DNA of 26,127 bases from a virus (taxonomy: Duplodnaviria > Caudoviricetes). The position numbers were made by a program, and so were the translations under genes. The DNA is taken from IMG/VR virus record IMGVR_UViG_3300025018_003594, positions 1 to 26,127 of that record. One strand, given 5' to 3'. Positions 25,918 to 26,127 of this stretch are shown here, one piece after another (position 1 is the first letter of the stretch; each line of letters begins with the position of its first letter). Under the pieces are notes generated by a model, which saw nothing but the letters and a program-made list of their open reading frames with translations, did not search any database and was not told where the DNA came from.

Positions 25918-25978
25918 TGTCCCATTTGTCCCATTTTTAGTACAATTACCTCTGAAAGGTGCATTTGCATATGGGACA
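25918..25978. repeat. Tandem TGTCCCATT x2 plus inverted copy ATGGGACA
   Basis: TGTCCCATT at 25918-25926 and 25927-25935; reverse complement of the 8-mer core at 25971-25978. Confidence 0.6.
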
Positions 25979-26127
25979 CACAGGTTCCAGACCCAGGTGC
26001 TCCGCAACAATCGACAAATACTACCAACGATAATGCCTTGGTGAGTGTGATGGATTAGGCGAGCGATATGTGTCAGTCAACAAATTAAAATGCTGGGGAA
26101 TCATTTATTTTTTCTTTATTTTGAGTC

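Noticed and set aside
25891-25970. Short ORFs (20-26 codons) around the TGTCCCAT repeats
   Set aside because: Too short, with no clear initiation signal or recognisable sequence.

Overview
AT-rich bacterial window that reads as a single integrative, defence-loaded island. The gene families and near-leaderless genes suggest a Patescibacteria/CPR host (inference). Left part: a divergent proteasome-beta-like (Thr1 Ntn-hydrolase) gene, a large serine recombinase, a tnpA-only IS200/IS605 element (2957-3516) splitting a small membrane-protein gene, a NucS-like nuclease and an XRE regulator. Next is a coupled minus-strand operon: ParB-methylase > DNA methylase > TerS-like HTH > terminase large subunit, with no portal, capsid or tail genes in the window. 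Centre: a type I R-M system with two HsdM genes (NPPF and NPPY) and a Shedu (DUF4263) nuclease inserted between hsdS and hsdR. Right part: a DUF2779 nuclease, a small PD-(D/E)XK nuclease, a triple zinc-ribbon protein, and an operon lexA-like repressor > 1TM alpha/beta protein > CD-NTase with AGS-C domain > DUF2130, i.e. a candidate DNA-damage-controlled CBASS variant. Several non-coding operators and hairpins are visible. All product calls come from motifs read by eye; no database searches were run and the element ends (att sites) were not identified.
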